The position numbers were made by a program, and so were the translations under genes. Positions 13,400 to 24,252 of a DNA stretch of 64,000 bases are shown in pieces; within the stretch, counting starts at the first letter, position 1; every line of letters begins with the position of its first letter. This stretch comes from Octopus vulgaris. Lineage: Eukaryota. Below the pieces are notes generated by a model. The model saw only the letters and a list, made by a program, of their open reading frames with translations. It made no database searches and was not told the DNA's origin. Where the stretch lies: contig OX597818.1 of NCBI GenBank assembly GCA_951406725.2, positions 31,372,001-31,436,000 on the forward strand, read 5' to 3'.

Positions 13400-13935
13400 A
13401 GTAACAGACAGTGGCTCTCATGGATTTTGATCTTAACTGATTAGAAGTGTTATCATGTGCATTGTTTTGTCTTATAAAAGATGGGCAACAAATCATTCTG
13501 CTCAATACTACAGATTTGCTTGTCAGTTGTTTGACCATAACCAGTTGAGCATGACCTTTGGTAGCTGACGATATGTGCATCTCTGATCATGAGCAGAAGT
13601 AGTGGGGGAGCATCATAGCCATGTGTTGAGAGGAATTCTTTGGGATTTCCATTTACCTCAGGAAACATGGGTGTTTTGTTCATCATCCTTAAACAAACCT
13701 TATTCAGGGACTTTTTGAGCGAGATGGGCTACTTGACCCGAAAAAAATTTTAACTGGGCCCCACCTGCAAGATCATGCGCTGTTTATCTTGGTATGTGAT
13801 CACCATGTCACGCACATATGGTTGTGATGCATGTGCCTGGTGTACCCTTATCAGATGGGTAGTCATGATGGGTATAATGGACTTCGTATATTTTACCCCA
13901 GTGACACCTTGATGGCATTTACTGCTCTCTCACTC

Positions 13936-13936
<1 letters not shown>
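13400..13936 (+). mobile_element. 5'-truncated R4/Dong-type LINE 3' UTR flanked by (TAA)n
   Basis: Homologous to 12925-13256 (gtggctctcatgg...cagatttgcttgtcagttg...gctctctcactcaataat); (TAA)n on both sides. Confidence 0.7.
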
Positions 13937-14016
<80 letters not shown>

Positions 14017-14163
14017 TAATTATTTTTATGATGATAGTGATGATGGTGATAGTATTGTCGATGCTGCTACTGATGATGATGATGTTGAGTATAATGCTGA
14101 TGATAGCAAAAGTGATGAAGGTGGTTGTAATATTCGTGTGGGTGATAATAATGATGATTTTTG

Positions 14164-14216
<53 letters not shown>

Positions 14217-14833
14217 TTTATAATGATGAGGATGCTAGTAATGGTGGGGTAGGTGATGAATTTTCATGATCCAAGTCCCGTTCTTGTCATAGAAAATATT
14301 TTCTAGAAAAACATTAAAAAAAAAAAAAAAGAAGAAGAAGAAAGAAGGCGAAACAAAGCAGGAATTCCATTATTAAATGTCTCACATAGAGTAAGGCGAC
14401 GATCCTGTTTGCAAATAGTTTCATTATCTACACCGCGCCGGAGGGAATGTGTTGCATGTTATGTTATTAACAACGCAGTTATATAAATACATTCCAGTGG
14501 AAATGATAACGCTTATGACGTTGTTTGCGGTTCAGTGAGAGATCGCAGCCTTGTCAATCTAACTTAACTTTAGGTTTCAAAGTTTGCACTGTTATCCATA
14601 GAATTCTCTTTCAAGCTAACTTTCCAACGTTCTTTGAGTGAGAGAGACGTCAGACAGACTGGTTAGACGGCCGGCTGGTAGGTGGGTCAGTTCATGTTTA
14701 CCAATGAACTTCTGACATTTTGTTCGGTCCCTGGCAAGTCCAGTTTATTTTATATTACCAAACCAATAAAAGAGTGTCTGAGTTGGTCACTCTACATAAG
14801 AGACATCACAACCCTTTGTTTTTTGTTTTTTTA

Positions 14834-14933
14834 TTACTCTTTTACTCTTTTACTTGTTTCAGTCATTTGACTGTGGCCATGCTGGAGCACTGCCTTTAGT
14901 CGAGCAAATCGACCCCAGGACTTATTCTTTGTA
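14834..14933 (-). mobile_element. SINE family A 3' fragment
   Basis: tactcttttacttgtttcagtcatttgactgtggccatgctggagcac... Confidence 0.85.
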
Positions 14934-15023
14934 ATATTTCGTTTTATTGCACGTAACATATTATTTTTATAGTTGGGCATGAAATATCGAAAAAACTAAA
15001 AAACAAAAACAAAAAAAAATAGT

Positions 15024-15258
15024 TTATTCTTTTATTCTTTTATTTGTTTCAGTCAATTGCCTGCTGCCATGCTGGAGCACCACTTTTAGTCGAACAAATC
15101 GACCCCAGGACTTATTCTTTGTAAGCCAAGTACTTATTCTATCGTTCACTTTGGCCGAACCGCTAAGTTATGGGGACGTAAACACACCACTATCAGTTGT
15201 CAAGCGCGATGGCTGGAGAACAAATACTGACACACAAACATATACACATATACATACA

Positions 15259-15312
<54 letters not shown>

Positions 15313-15473
15313 CGACGGGCTTATTTCAGTTTCCATCTGCTAAATCCACTCACAAGGCTTTGGTCCGCCCGAGTCTATAGTAGAAGACATTTGCTTCAGG
15401 TGCTACGCAGTGAGACAGAACCCGGAACCATGTGCTTGTAGGCAAGCTACTTACCACACAGACACTCCTGCGC
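15024..15473 (-). mobile_element. SINE family A, full length
   Basis: Colinear with 2494-2906, with internal (CATA)/(TA)n. Confidence 0.9.
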
Positions 15474-15634
15474 TTGCCCATAATTATAAAGTAAAATTTT
15501 TCAATAAAATTTAATATTCCAGTATGATGTTTCTTGCCATTAGCAATGATAAGCTTTTTATCTCTTGTTGGTCAGGTAGAGGGAGATAACTCCACACCAT
15601 AACTTATTTTCATTTCAATAAATTTTAGTGGATC

Positions 15635-15792
15635 GGTATTTCGTCTGAGTTTACGTTCTGAGTTCAAATTCCACCGAGGTCGACTTTGCCTTTCATCCTT
15701 TCGGGGTCAATAAATTACGTACTGGGGTTGATCTAATCAACTGCCCCCCTCCCCAAAAATTTCGAGCCTTGGGCCTAGAGTAGAAAAGAATA
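15635..15792 (+). mobile_element. SINE family B, 5'-truncated
   Basis: ggtatttcgtc...gagttcaaattcc...cctttcggggtcaataaa...cctagagtagaaaagaat. Confidence 0.85.
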
Positions 15793-16269
15793 AATTTTAG
15801 TGTATGTCTCCCTCTCTCTGCTTCACCCTCTACTTGTGACTCACGTTCACTATTTATGTATAAACTCGTTTTCTCTATCTCTTTCACCCATTCTCTCCTT
15901 CTCCTCATCTCTCTTTCTTTCTCTCTCTGTCTCTGTCTTCCAAATTTTTCATCGTTAATAATGCCATCGCAAAAACGTCCCATTCCGCCCATTCCGTCCG
16001 ATTCCGCCTATTCGGGTTCATAATAATGCTTATAACTATCTCCTACCCACCGTAACCCGTAGCGTCAATCTAAATCTACCGTCATCTAACAGCCGATGAC
16101 GCTTGTGTGGAATTTCGAGACTCGCTGCTACCATCGGGGCTTAGTAAACAGTAACATTTTTTCCAAGCCTCTATTATCCGCACGGTATTAAACTGCTAAC
16201 CACAGCAAACAGATATCATAAGACGGTGCTCCACAGATCACAATTAAAATTTTCATAGGTTGTTAATAT

Positions 16270-16860
16270 TTGTTTCAAATTGTGAATCAAGGCCAGCACA
16301 TTCGGAGGAGGGGGTTAATCGATTACATCAACGCCAGTGTTCAACTGGTACTTATTTTATCAACCCCCTAGTGGATGAAAAGTAAAGTCAACCTCGGTGG
16401 AATTTGAACTCAGAACGTAAAGACGGGCGAAATGCCTTAAGCATTTTGTCCGGTGCGCTAACGATTCTACCGGCTCTCCGCCTTAAACCTAGTCTTTAGA
16501 ATTATTTGCCAATTTTGGTACACGACCAGCACTTTCAGGGGAGAGGATAATTCGATTACATCGACACCAAAGTTCAAATGGTACTTATTTTATCGACACC
16601 GAAAGGATGAAAGAACCTACTGTTTAAATCAAACAACCTACATGGCGGCAAGCTTGTAGAGTCTTTAGCACACCGGACAAAATGTTTAGCGGCATTCCGT
16701 CCGTCTTTTTGTTTTGAGCTCAAATTCCGCCGAGGTCGAATTTGACTTTTATCTTTCTAGTCGTTAAAATAAGTACCAGCTGAGTAGTGGAGGAAAATAT
16801 AATCGACTTTACTCCTCCCTGTAAATTGCGGGCCTTGTACTAAAATTTGATACCAGTATT
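16270..16860. mobile_element. Three SINE family B copies (-, -, +)
   Basis: Minus copies at about 16270-16485 and 16508-16615, plus copy at about 16643-16858, all matching the family core. Confidence 0.85.
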
Positions 16861-17159
16861 AAAGAGTAGGTTCTAGAATGCATTTAGCATTTTGATATTC
16901 GTATAAAGTATACCATGTCGGATATGAACAATGTTCCATAGAGGTGAATAGCCTATCTGGGGTACATATTGTGTCGGCAAGAATATTATTGCGCAGCTTG
17001 TTGTTCTTTGATTCAATTTTGAACACTCCTATGATGAGAGGATTTACTTCCGTTCTCTACCTATCATATTTTTCGCAAACTTTGAGTCAAGATGTACATT
17101 AATTGTTTTTTTCGTTTTTTTTTTTTTTCGTTTCTTATAATGATAGGATGGGTTTACGA

Positions 17160-17405
17160 AGATTTGGTTTGACTTGGAATTGCTAACGATTCTTCCAGTA
17201 ATTGCTGCAGTTGGCACAGCACCCAAAATGCTACCTAACAGACTAAATGAGATTAAAACTGAAATTCGCATTTTCTGCCTTCAGAAAAGTACCATCCTAT
17301 ATTCTGCAGGAATCCTAAGAAAAATTTTTGAGATTTGAAGAGATTTGTTGACACTAAACCTCAAGATAAAATACCTGCTAATTAAATAAGCATCCACTAG
17401 CGTCC
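17160..17405 (+). mobile_element. R4-type (RLE) LINE 3' end
   Basis: ILPVIAAVGTAPKML...LQKSTILYSAGILRKIFEI* resembles the RLE C-terminus. Confidence 0.65.
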
Positions 17406-17437
17406 TAACAATAACAATAGTAGAAGCAGTAGTAGTA

Positions 17438-18016
17438 GTGGTTTCAGATTTTGCCACAAGGGCAGCAATTTCGAGGAAGGGGATGAGTCAATTACATCGA
17501 GCTCAGTCTTCAACTGGTACTTATTTTATCGACCCCCGAAAGGATGAAAGGCAAAGTCGACCTCAGCGGAATTTGAACTCAGTTCAGAGCGGCGGGCGAA
17601 ATAACTATTTCTTTACTGCCCACAAGGGGCTACACACAGAGAGGACAAACAAGGACAGACAAACGGATTAAGTCGATTATATCGACCCCAGCGCATAACT
17701 GGTACTTATTTAATCGACACCGAAAAGATGAAAGGCAAAGACGACCTCGGCGGAATTTGTACTCAGAACGTAATGGAGGACGAAATACGGCTGAGCATTT
17801 CGCCCGGCGTGCTAACGTTTCTGCCAGCTTGCCGCCTTAAGAACAACAGCAATAATAATAATAATAATGGTTTCAAATTTTGCCACAAGGGTAGCCATTT
17901 TGTGGGAAGGGATGTGTCGATTGCATCAACCCCAGCGTTGAAGAGTTACTTAATTTATCGACACCGAAAGGATGAAAGGCAAAGTCGACCTCAGCGGAAT
18001 TTGAACTCAGAACGTA
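17438..18016 (-). mobile_element. Three tandem SINE family B copies
   Basis: Core repeated at about 17540, 17725 and 17970. Confidence 0.9.
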
Positions 18017-18029
18017 ATTACTATCATCA

Positions 18030-18112
<83 letters not shown>

Positions 18113-18124
18113 ATTATTATTATT

Positions 18125-19195
18125 TTATGTTTGACTTTTGTCTTACATTTGTACAAGTTGGCTCCAAGTCTCACCCAAAGAGCTCAAGAGACAACAAGTT
18201 AGAAGTTTATGTTGGTGTCATGCCTAGGGTGTCATATGTGGAGGCGCAATGGCCCAGGGGTTAGGGCAGCGGACTCACGGTCATAGGATCGCGGTTTCGA
18301 TTCCCAGACCGGGCGTTTTGAGTGTTTATTGAGCGAAAACACCTAAAAGCTCCACGAGGCTCCGGCAGGGGATGGTGGTGATCCCTGCTGTACTCTTTCA
18401 CCACAACTTTCTCTCACTCTTACTTCCTGTTTCTGTTGTACCTGTATTTCAAGGGGCCGGCCTTGTCACTCTCTGTGTCACGCTGAAATTCCCGAGAACT
18501 ACGTTAAGGGTGCACGTGTCTGTGGAGTGCTCAGCCACTTACACGTTAATTTCACGAGCAGGCTGTTCCGTTGATTCGGATCAACCGGAACCCTCATCGT
18601 CGTAACCGACGGAGTGCTTCCATCAGGTTGTCATATATTTAGTTTCGTACGTAGTCTTGTTCTAGAGAATGTTTAAGAAACCATAAGAAAATTATGTGTT
18701 TGTTTTAAAATTTGAGATTACATAGACAGAATTTTACGTAGGATATGGGCACTTCCCATGTGCACTATCTTTGAATTTCTGCCATTTTGGGGTTTCCTGT
18801 TATCTGAGCTATGTAGCAATCAGCTCATTTGCTATCATTCCTAGGGCACATATCACAACAGGTATTGTTTTAGTCTTCAGGTTCCACATTTTGCTAATTT
18901 CTATTTCATGATTTTTATACTTGCTAAGTTTTTAGTAGGTCTTGACATACGTTTATATCGATTAGGACAGACATGTCAATGAAGATACATGATTTTTGTC
19001 TGAAGTCTTTCAATATAATGTCTGACCTATCTTTCTGTCAGTTTGAATGGTGAAATTCCAGAGGAGTGAGATGTGATCATTTTCAAGCACTGGAGTTGAT
19101 TTGTGTTTCCACCAGTTTTTATCATGGGGCAGTTCCAGGTTTTTGCAAATTACCCAGTGAATATAGTGTGTAGCTCTATCATGCCTGTTGAGATA
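18125..19195 (-). mobile_element. R4/Dong-type (RLE) LINE 3' part, with (TAA)n tail and nested SINE
   Basis: Minus strand NRHDRATHYIHWVICKN...LLWNFTIQTD...DIILKD...IDMSV...KLSKYK...KMWNLKTKTIPVV; (TTA)n at 18032-18124 and 19242-19285. Confidence 0.85.
18238..18624 (+). mobile_element. SINE family C, tail type 1
   Basis: tRNA-like head (tggcccaggggtt A box, ggtttcgattcc B box); 12-bp TSD agg(g/t)tgtcatat at 18226-18237 and 18625-18636. Confidence 0.92.
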
Positions 19196-19240
19196 CTTTT
19201 ATCATCATCCTTGTCATCATCATCATGCCTATTGAGATAC

Positions 19241-19285
<45 letters not shown>

Positions 19286-19347
19286 GTATTTTGTGATGAG
19301 TGTGTAATGCATTGGTTATTTAGCTTGCTGGAGGACTACTGCTGCTG

Positions 19348-19398
<51 letters not shown>

Positions 19399-19429
19399 GT
19401 ACAACACTTGTTGCTGCTGTTATCATTAT

Positions 19430-19630
19430 TTGCAATTTTTGACACAAGGCCAGCAATTTTGGAAGCTGGGGGCAAATCGCTTACATCGACCCCAGTACTT
19501 GACTGATACTTTACTTTATCGATCCTAAAAGGAGGAAAGGCAAAGTTGATTTGACAAGACTTTAACCTGAACATAAAGAACCGGAAGAAATGCTGCGAAG
19601 CATCTTGCAAGAATCGGTAACGATTCTAAA
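19430..19630 (-). mobile_element. Degenerate SINE family B
   Basis: gacacaaggccagcaa...atcgaccccagtac...aaaggcaaagttga. Confidence 0.7.
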
Positions 19631-19804
19631 TAAGGAAGATAAAAGATGATTAGCTTAATGATTTATTAAGGTCAAGAAAGTTAGGGGAGATAACCACTAA
19701 TTGTAAGTAAATTGAAAATAATTAAAAATAGAATGTAGAGAAGTGTCAGACTTTTGAGACTTTTGTGATAATAGCCATTGAAAAGCAAAGTGAACTTTAA
19801 AAGT

Positions 19805-20113
19805 ATCCAGCCAACGGTTCTGCTCAGAAACTTAGATGCGTCCTGTTACTTGCATGATTCAGGAGCGCCAGCTCAGACTGTTTGGCCACGTTGCTCGATT
19901 TTCCGAGTTTGACCCTGCTTATCGTGTTCTGTTCTCAGAAAATCCGGCTGATGGTTCGTGTTGGTCGACTATATGCTACATCGTCACGGCAGATGAGGAG
20001 TTATCTCGCGGTGATGGGGAACTGACTGGGTCGGGGAATATACCGACAAATGGTGAACGCATGCAACGCCCTGCAACGGTACTTGGCCCCTCATCTGACC
20101 TGACCTGACCTGA
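19805..20113 (+). mobile_element. RTE-like LINE 3' end with (TGACC)n tail
   Basis: IQERQLRLFGHVARF...DPAYRVL motif followed by ctgacctgacctgacctga. Confidence 0.75.
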
Positions 20114-20914
20114 AATTGGTTAGGCAAAAAACCTCAATGAAGGAATGTTATACCAACAGGTCTGACACTGATAACATTTAAAAGCAGATGCTTCTTCATC
20201 CATCTTTGATGAATGTAGCTTTCACCATTATGAGTTAATGACATCAGATGGGTATCCAACGATCATCGGGTGTTTCGATGTTGAACCATAAAGCCCTTCC
20301 GTTGGTAGGTCAGTAGAAGTGGTCATATCACAGCTGAACATCTGGCTTACAGTTTGGTTCCGCTTTCTCATTACTACTTATTTGATTTCGTGAAAAACAA
20401 AGAAATACATGAACATACAAAATAAAAAAGAAATAGGTGAGATGAAAAGGCAGCAATAGAGAAAGAGAGAGAGAAGAAGAGAACAAGAAAGACAGAGAAA
20501 GAAAGTGAAAGAGCGAGGAGGGAAGAGAGAAGGAAAGAAAGACGGAGAGAGAGAGCGAGCGCATTCGAAAGAAAGAGTAGGGGGAAGAGAGGGAGAAAGG
20601 AAAGGAGGAGAGAATTTTAAAATGATTTTTTAATTCTGATTGAAACTAAAAACGTAGTAAGTCAAGTAGGCAGTTTGAAAAGATTAAATGTTCAGTGAAT
20701 TTTGTGCCCGCAGTGACCTTAAAATAGTAATATAGTGTTATGAGAAGCGTGACAATGAAAATAGTTTCATGTTACTTCTGTTTCAATGAACTGAACTTCA
20801 AAATATATTTAGAAATTTTTTAAAAGTTGTCCATAATTTTGCTCATGATATTAACTCACAAAGTGTAGGCAACTGGGATTATCTGAAGATGATGAGACGA
20901 AACATATATATATA

Positions 20915-21301
20915 TCTTTATATATAAAAGTGAGGTTGTGTGCTGTCTGTCTCCTACGATTTAGATTCCTAACTACTCCCACATTTTGCGGTGCAGTTTA
21001 ACCAAAACCGGGTATCTTATAGTCGTGATTCATATCGAGCCCATCTGGGTATTAGCGCGCGTCTACGATGAGTCTACGATTTAAAAAAAAATTACCATCA
21101 TTCTTTTCCATTTTAATGCATTTTTTCGCTATTATATAAGGGAAGTAACTCTCTAAAAATGTCTACGATGAGTCAACCATTTAAAAAAAATTTACCATAA
21201 TTTTTTTCCCATTATTTTGCTATTTTTTGGCTATAACTCTGTAAAAATGCTTATATAGTTATTTCCCTTACAAACCCGAGCAACGCCGGGCGATACTACT
21301 A

Positions 21302-21302
<1 letters not shown>
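20915..21302 (+). mobile_element. Non-autonomous Helitron (388 bp)
   Basis: A|TC 5' end, 3' hairpin cccgagc-aac-gccggg about 8 nt before CTAG|T, inserted between A and T in a (TA)n tract with no TSD; internal duplication of gtctacgatgagtc. Confidence 0.85.
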
Positions 21303-21351
<49 letters not shown>

Positions 21352-21824
21352 GAAATTATTTTCACACTGGCGACTGCCATGATTCAGCGCAAAACGAAAC
21401 AGTTGCAGCGCAGACTTCAACATGAAGGGTTGGGACTCTCTATCATAGTAACGCGTACTGAAGAAGGTGAAGCTATTATGCCAGTCCAGAACCGGTCCAC
21501 CTGAGACCAAATACTTGAATGTATGCTGAGAAATTGTCTTAGACGGTTTATCTTCGGACGGTTGATTTCTGTAGTTATTATCAGTAGCTTTTTGAAAAAG
21601 AGTTTTGACTGTTATTTTCAGCAGGTAGACATACCTAGTATGTCCTTTGATTAATTTAAATCCTTCTGCTATTTAATGTTTTTTTGGGGACCTGCAATCA
21701 CCTATATTGTTGATTGATTCTGTTATTATCATTTTAAAATTGTTACACTAGATAATAAGAGGGTCAATGTTATCTTCACAAATTATTTTTTCTCGTGAAT
21801 TATTTGCTCCGTATATATATATAG

Positions 21825-22085
21825 GATGTTTGGAAAACTCATATGTGTTTTGGCTGATGAGTACGGGACACTTGTATTTGCTGCAATATTTGCAGCTTTT
21901 AATAAAGCTGTTCTTCGTATGAAACAATTGTACTGAAAAACTAATTCATTCTTGTTGCTTTTTTCTTGTTTATAATCACCCCACATTATTTTATGGCAAA
22001 TACCCTATAGATTTCTGGTGCATCTAAGTTAAGTACCGCATTCATGTGAATTCATTGGAACTCACTTGAATCTTAATTGCTTTTA
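21825..22085 (+). mobile_element. Penelope-like pseudo-LTR copy 1 (direct repeat of 23945-24205)
   Basis: About 260 bp colinear, highly similar repeat carrying a hammerhead; flanked by (TA)n. Confidence 0.7.
21848..21938 (+). ncRNA. Type I hammerhead ribozyme (copy 1, wobble-weakened)
   Basis: TTTTGG-CTGATGA-GTACG[50 nt hairpin]CGTAT-GAAAC-AATT-GTA/CTGAAA; core intact, G-U pairs in stems I and II. Confidence 0.7.
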
Positions 22086-22377
22086 TATATATATTTATAT
22101 ATATAAGAAAGAAAACTTTACAAGGAAATTTAATGTTGGGGAATGATAATCGAATGTGTACTATATAAACTCAATGCATGCATCGTAAAATAACCAGCAA
22201 TGAAGTACTCTTTATATGTTATATCCCAGACAAGTAGTAGAAGCGATTTTGCTCGGCGTCGGACCAACTCTGAGCAACTGAGTACTGAATACTTCTTTAA
22301 ATAGGAATATTTCCAGCTTCACAGCCTGCAATTATCCAAGCTATGTTGTATGATATGTATTCTAGCTTTACAGAGTG

Positions 22378-22592
22378 AAGGCGCGTGACTTAGTGCTTAG
22401 GAGTGTTAGATTCGCGATCGTAAGACTGTGGTTTCGATTCCTGGACCGGGCGACACGTCGTGTTCTTGAGGAAAAAACACTTCTTTCCAGTGTTGCTGCT
22501 GTCCACTCAGATGGCAAAAATGAGTAATCCTGCAACGGACTGGCATGGAAACCAGGAAACCAGCCCTTATGAGTCGGCATGACTCGAAGTTT
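22378..22592 (+). mobile_element. Older tRNA-derived SINE (related to family C tail 3)
   Basis: A/B boxes (gtgacttagtg; ggtttcgattcc), gtgttcttgag, tail gaaaccaggaaaccagcccttatgagtc. Confidence 0.7.
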
Positions 22593-22762
22593 CTTTATCT
22601 AACTTTACAGAACCGTCCTTGTAAGAGAGACTACGAGATGAGAACAAACGACTGCATAGCAATGTTCTACGGAAAACTATAGACACAAACGTTTGTATCT
22701 GTTCAGAAAGACATCGCTGCATGATTTTGAATATCGCTTAAAAATCATGTCGTTTCGAGTTA

Positions 22763-22947
22763 CCGTATTTTAACGAGTATAAGGAACCCTCGTGTATAAG
22801 AAACCCCTTAATTTTGGGGGCTTAAAATTTGGAAAAAAGATTTTGTAAGGGATTATAATACTATCCATGTATAAGAAACTCCCATATTTTTTAAACCTAA
22901 TTTTTGACAAAAAAGGGAGGGGGTTCCTTATACACGTTTAAATACGG
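22763..22947. mobile_element. MITE (Tc1/mariner-pogo type), 185 bp
   Basis: TIRs of about 27 bp (ccgtattttaacgagtataaggaaccc / gggttccttatacacgtttaaatacgg), TA TSDs at 22761-62 and 22948-49, internal repeats of gtataagaaac. Confidence 0.9.
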
Positions 22948-23268
22948 TACATCGTACTTGACTAGTCTCAGTTTTCGCTTTGTACTTCAAGATGTGAGAA
23001 ACAGAAAGAACTCAGAATATATATTCTTGAAATATTTTACTAATTCCAGTCATTAAATTGCGGCACTGCCTTGCCTCTATCAACAGGAGTCGTTATTTTA
23101 TCGACGTACTTATAACAGTGGGACAAAACAAAATTAATTAACGATAATTAAACTCGTAAGCCAGTGAAAAAGTCATTAGTTTGATGGATTGAAGATTAAT
23201 TATGCTTTGGATGAACAAGGGTAACGATTCTGAAATCCAGTATTTCTCCGATACACACATACTATATA

Positions 23269-23299
<31 letters not shown>

Positions 23300-23506
23300 A
23301 CATATATATGTATATGTGTGTGCATGTCTGTTTTGAGTATATATATATTTATATATATAGTTATGTTATATTCCGTTAGTAACGGGGTAGAGTACAGTAC
23401 GAAGCACGTTGACCCTCAAAATTACCCAATACTATCCGATAGCAGTATTATATGCTTATACTTCTACATTTTTGTTTGGGTATTCGTCGTTGACACCAAT
23501 TTCTTC

Positions 23507-23587
<81 letters not shown>

Positions 23588-23671
23588 GGTCCCGGGTTGA
23601 TTCGGGGTTAACCACAGTAAATAAGGTACTCAATACATAGCAGAGTAAAATTAATTTATTATATAGAAGGA

Positions 23672-23720
23672 GCTTCTACAGGACTAGAACTGTTTCATTC
23701 AAGAGAAATCTTCAGGAAGC
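23672..23720 (-). ncRNA. Type I hammerhead ribozyme-like motif (left arm of fold-back)
   Basis: Minus strand GCTTC-CTGAAGA-TTTCTCTTGAAT-GAAACAG-TTCTAGTC-CTGTA/GAAGC. Confidence 0.55.
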
Positions 23721-23722
23721 AC

Positions 23723-23779
23723 AGGAGCTTCCTGAAGATTTCTCTTGAATGAAACAGTTCTAGTCCTGTAGAAGCTCCT
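23723..23779 (+). ncRNA. Type I hammerhead ribozyme-like motif (right arm of fold-back)
   Basis: AGGAGCTTC-CTGAAGA-TTTC-TCTT-GAAT-GAAACAG-TTCTAGTC-CTGTA/GAAGCTCCT: 9-bp stem I, 4-bp stem III, non-canonical U-U at the base of stem II. Confidence 0.65.
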
Positions 23780-23787
23780 TCTATATA

Positions 23788-23844
<57 letters not shown>

Positions 23845-23944
23845 ACTGTGCAACATTAAGGAACTTTGGAAGTCCATTTATTTTCTAAATCTGATTTTTA
23901 TAGAACTATCCCTGATGTTTCAGAAGTGTAGCCTCACCCCCTTA

Positions 23945-24203
23945 GATATTTTGAGAACTCAGATGCTTTTTCGGCTGATGAGTACGGGTCACTTGTATTT
24001 GCTGCAATATTTGCAGCCTTAATAAAGGTGGTCTTCGTACGAAACAATTGTACCGAAATATTGACCCATTTTTGTTGCTTTTTTCTTGTTTATAATCACC
24101 CCGCATTATCTTATGGTTAATACCATATAGATTTCTGGTGCATCTAAGTTAAGTACCGCATTCATGTGAATTCAACAGAACTCACTTGAATCTTAATCGC
24201 TTT

Positions 24204-24205
<2 letters not shown>
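23945..24205 (+). mobile_element. Penelope-like pseudo-LTR copy 2
   Basis: Direct repeat of 21825-22085, followed by (TA)n; may extend upstream to about 23840. Confidence 0.7.
23969..24058 (+). ncRNA. Type I hammerhead ribozyme (copy 2, canonical core and pairing)
   Basis: TTTCGG-CTGATGA-GTACG[49 nt hairpin incl. GCTGCAA/TTGCAGC]CGTAC-GAAAC-AATT-GTA/CCGAAA; predicted cleavage after 24052. Confidence 0.85.

Positions 24206-24252
<47 letters not shown>

Larger units (their letters stand above)
23654..23793. repeat. Perfect inverted repeat (67-bp arms, 6-nt spacer), Penelope-like fold-back
   Basis: 23654-23720 is the exact reverse complement of 23727-23793. Confidence 0.95.

Noticed and set aside
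11714-18016. Repeated identical cores with intervening sequence resembling a CRISPR array
   Set aside because: Irregularly spaced SINE copies in both orientations in eukaryotic DNA; no cas genes
18238-18312. tRNA-like sequences at SINE heads (also 27597, 40019, 46938, 52897)
   Set aside because: A/B boxes are present, but there is no complete acceptor stem and each continues into a SINE body; not tRNA genes
20883-20910. CTGAAGA...GAAAC spacing like a hammerhead
   Set aside because: No stem II pairing and no stem I partner
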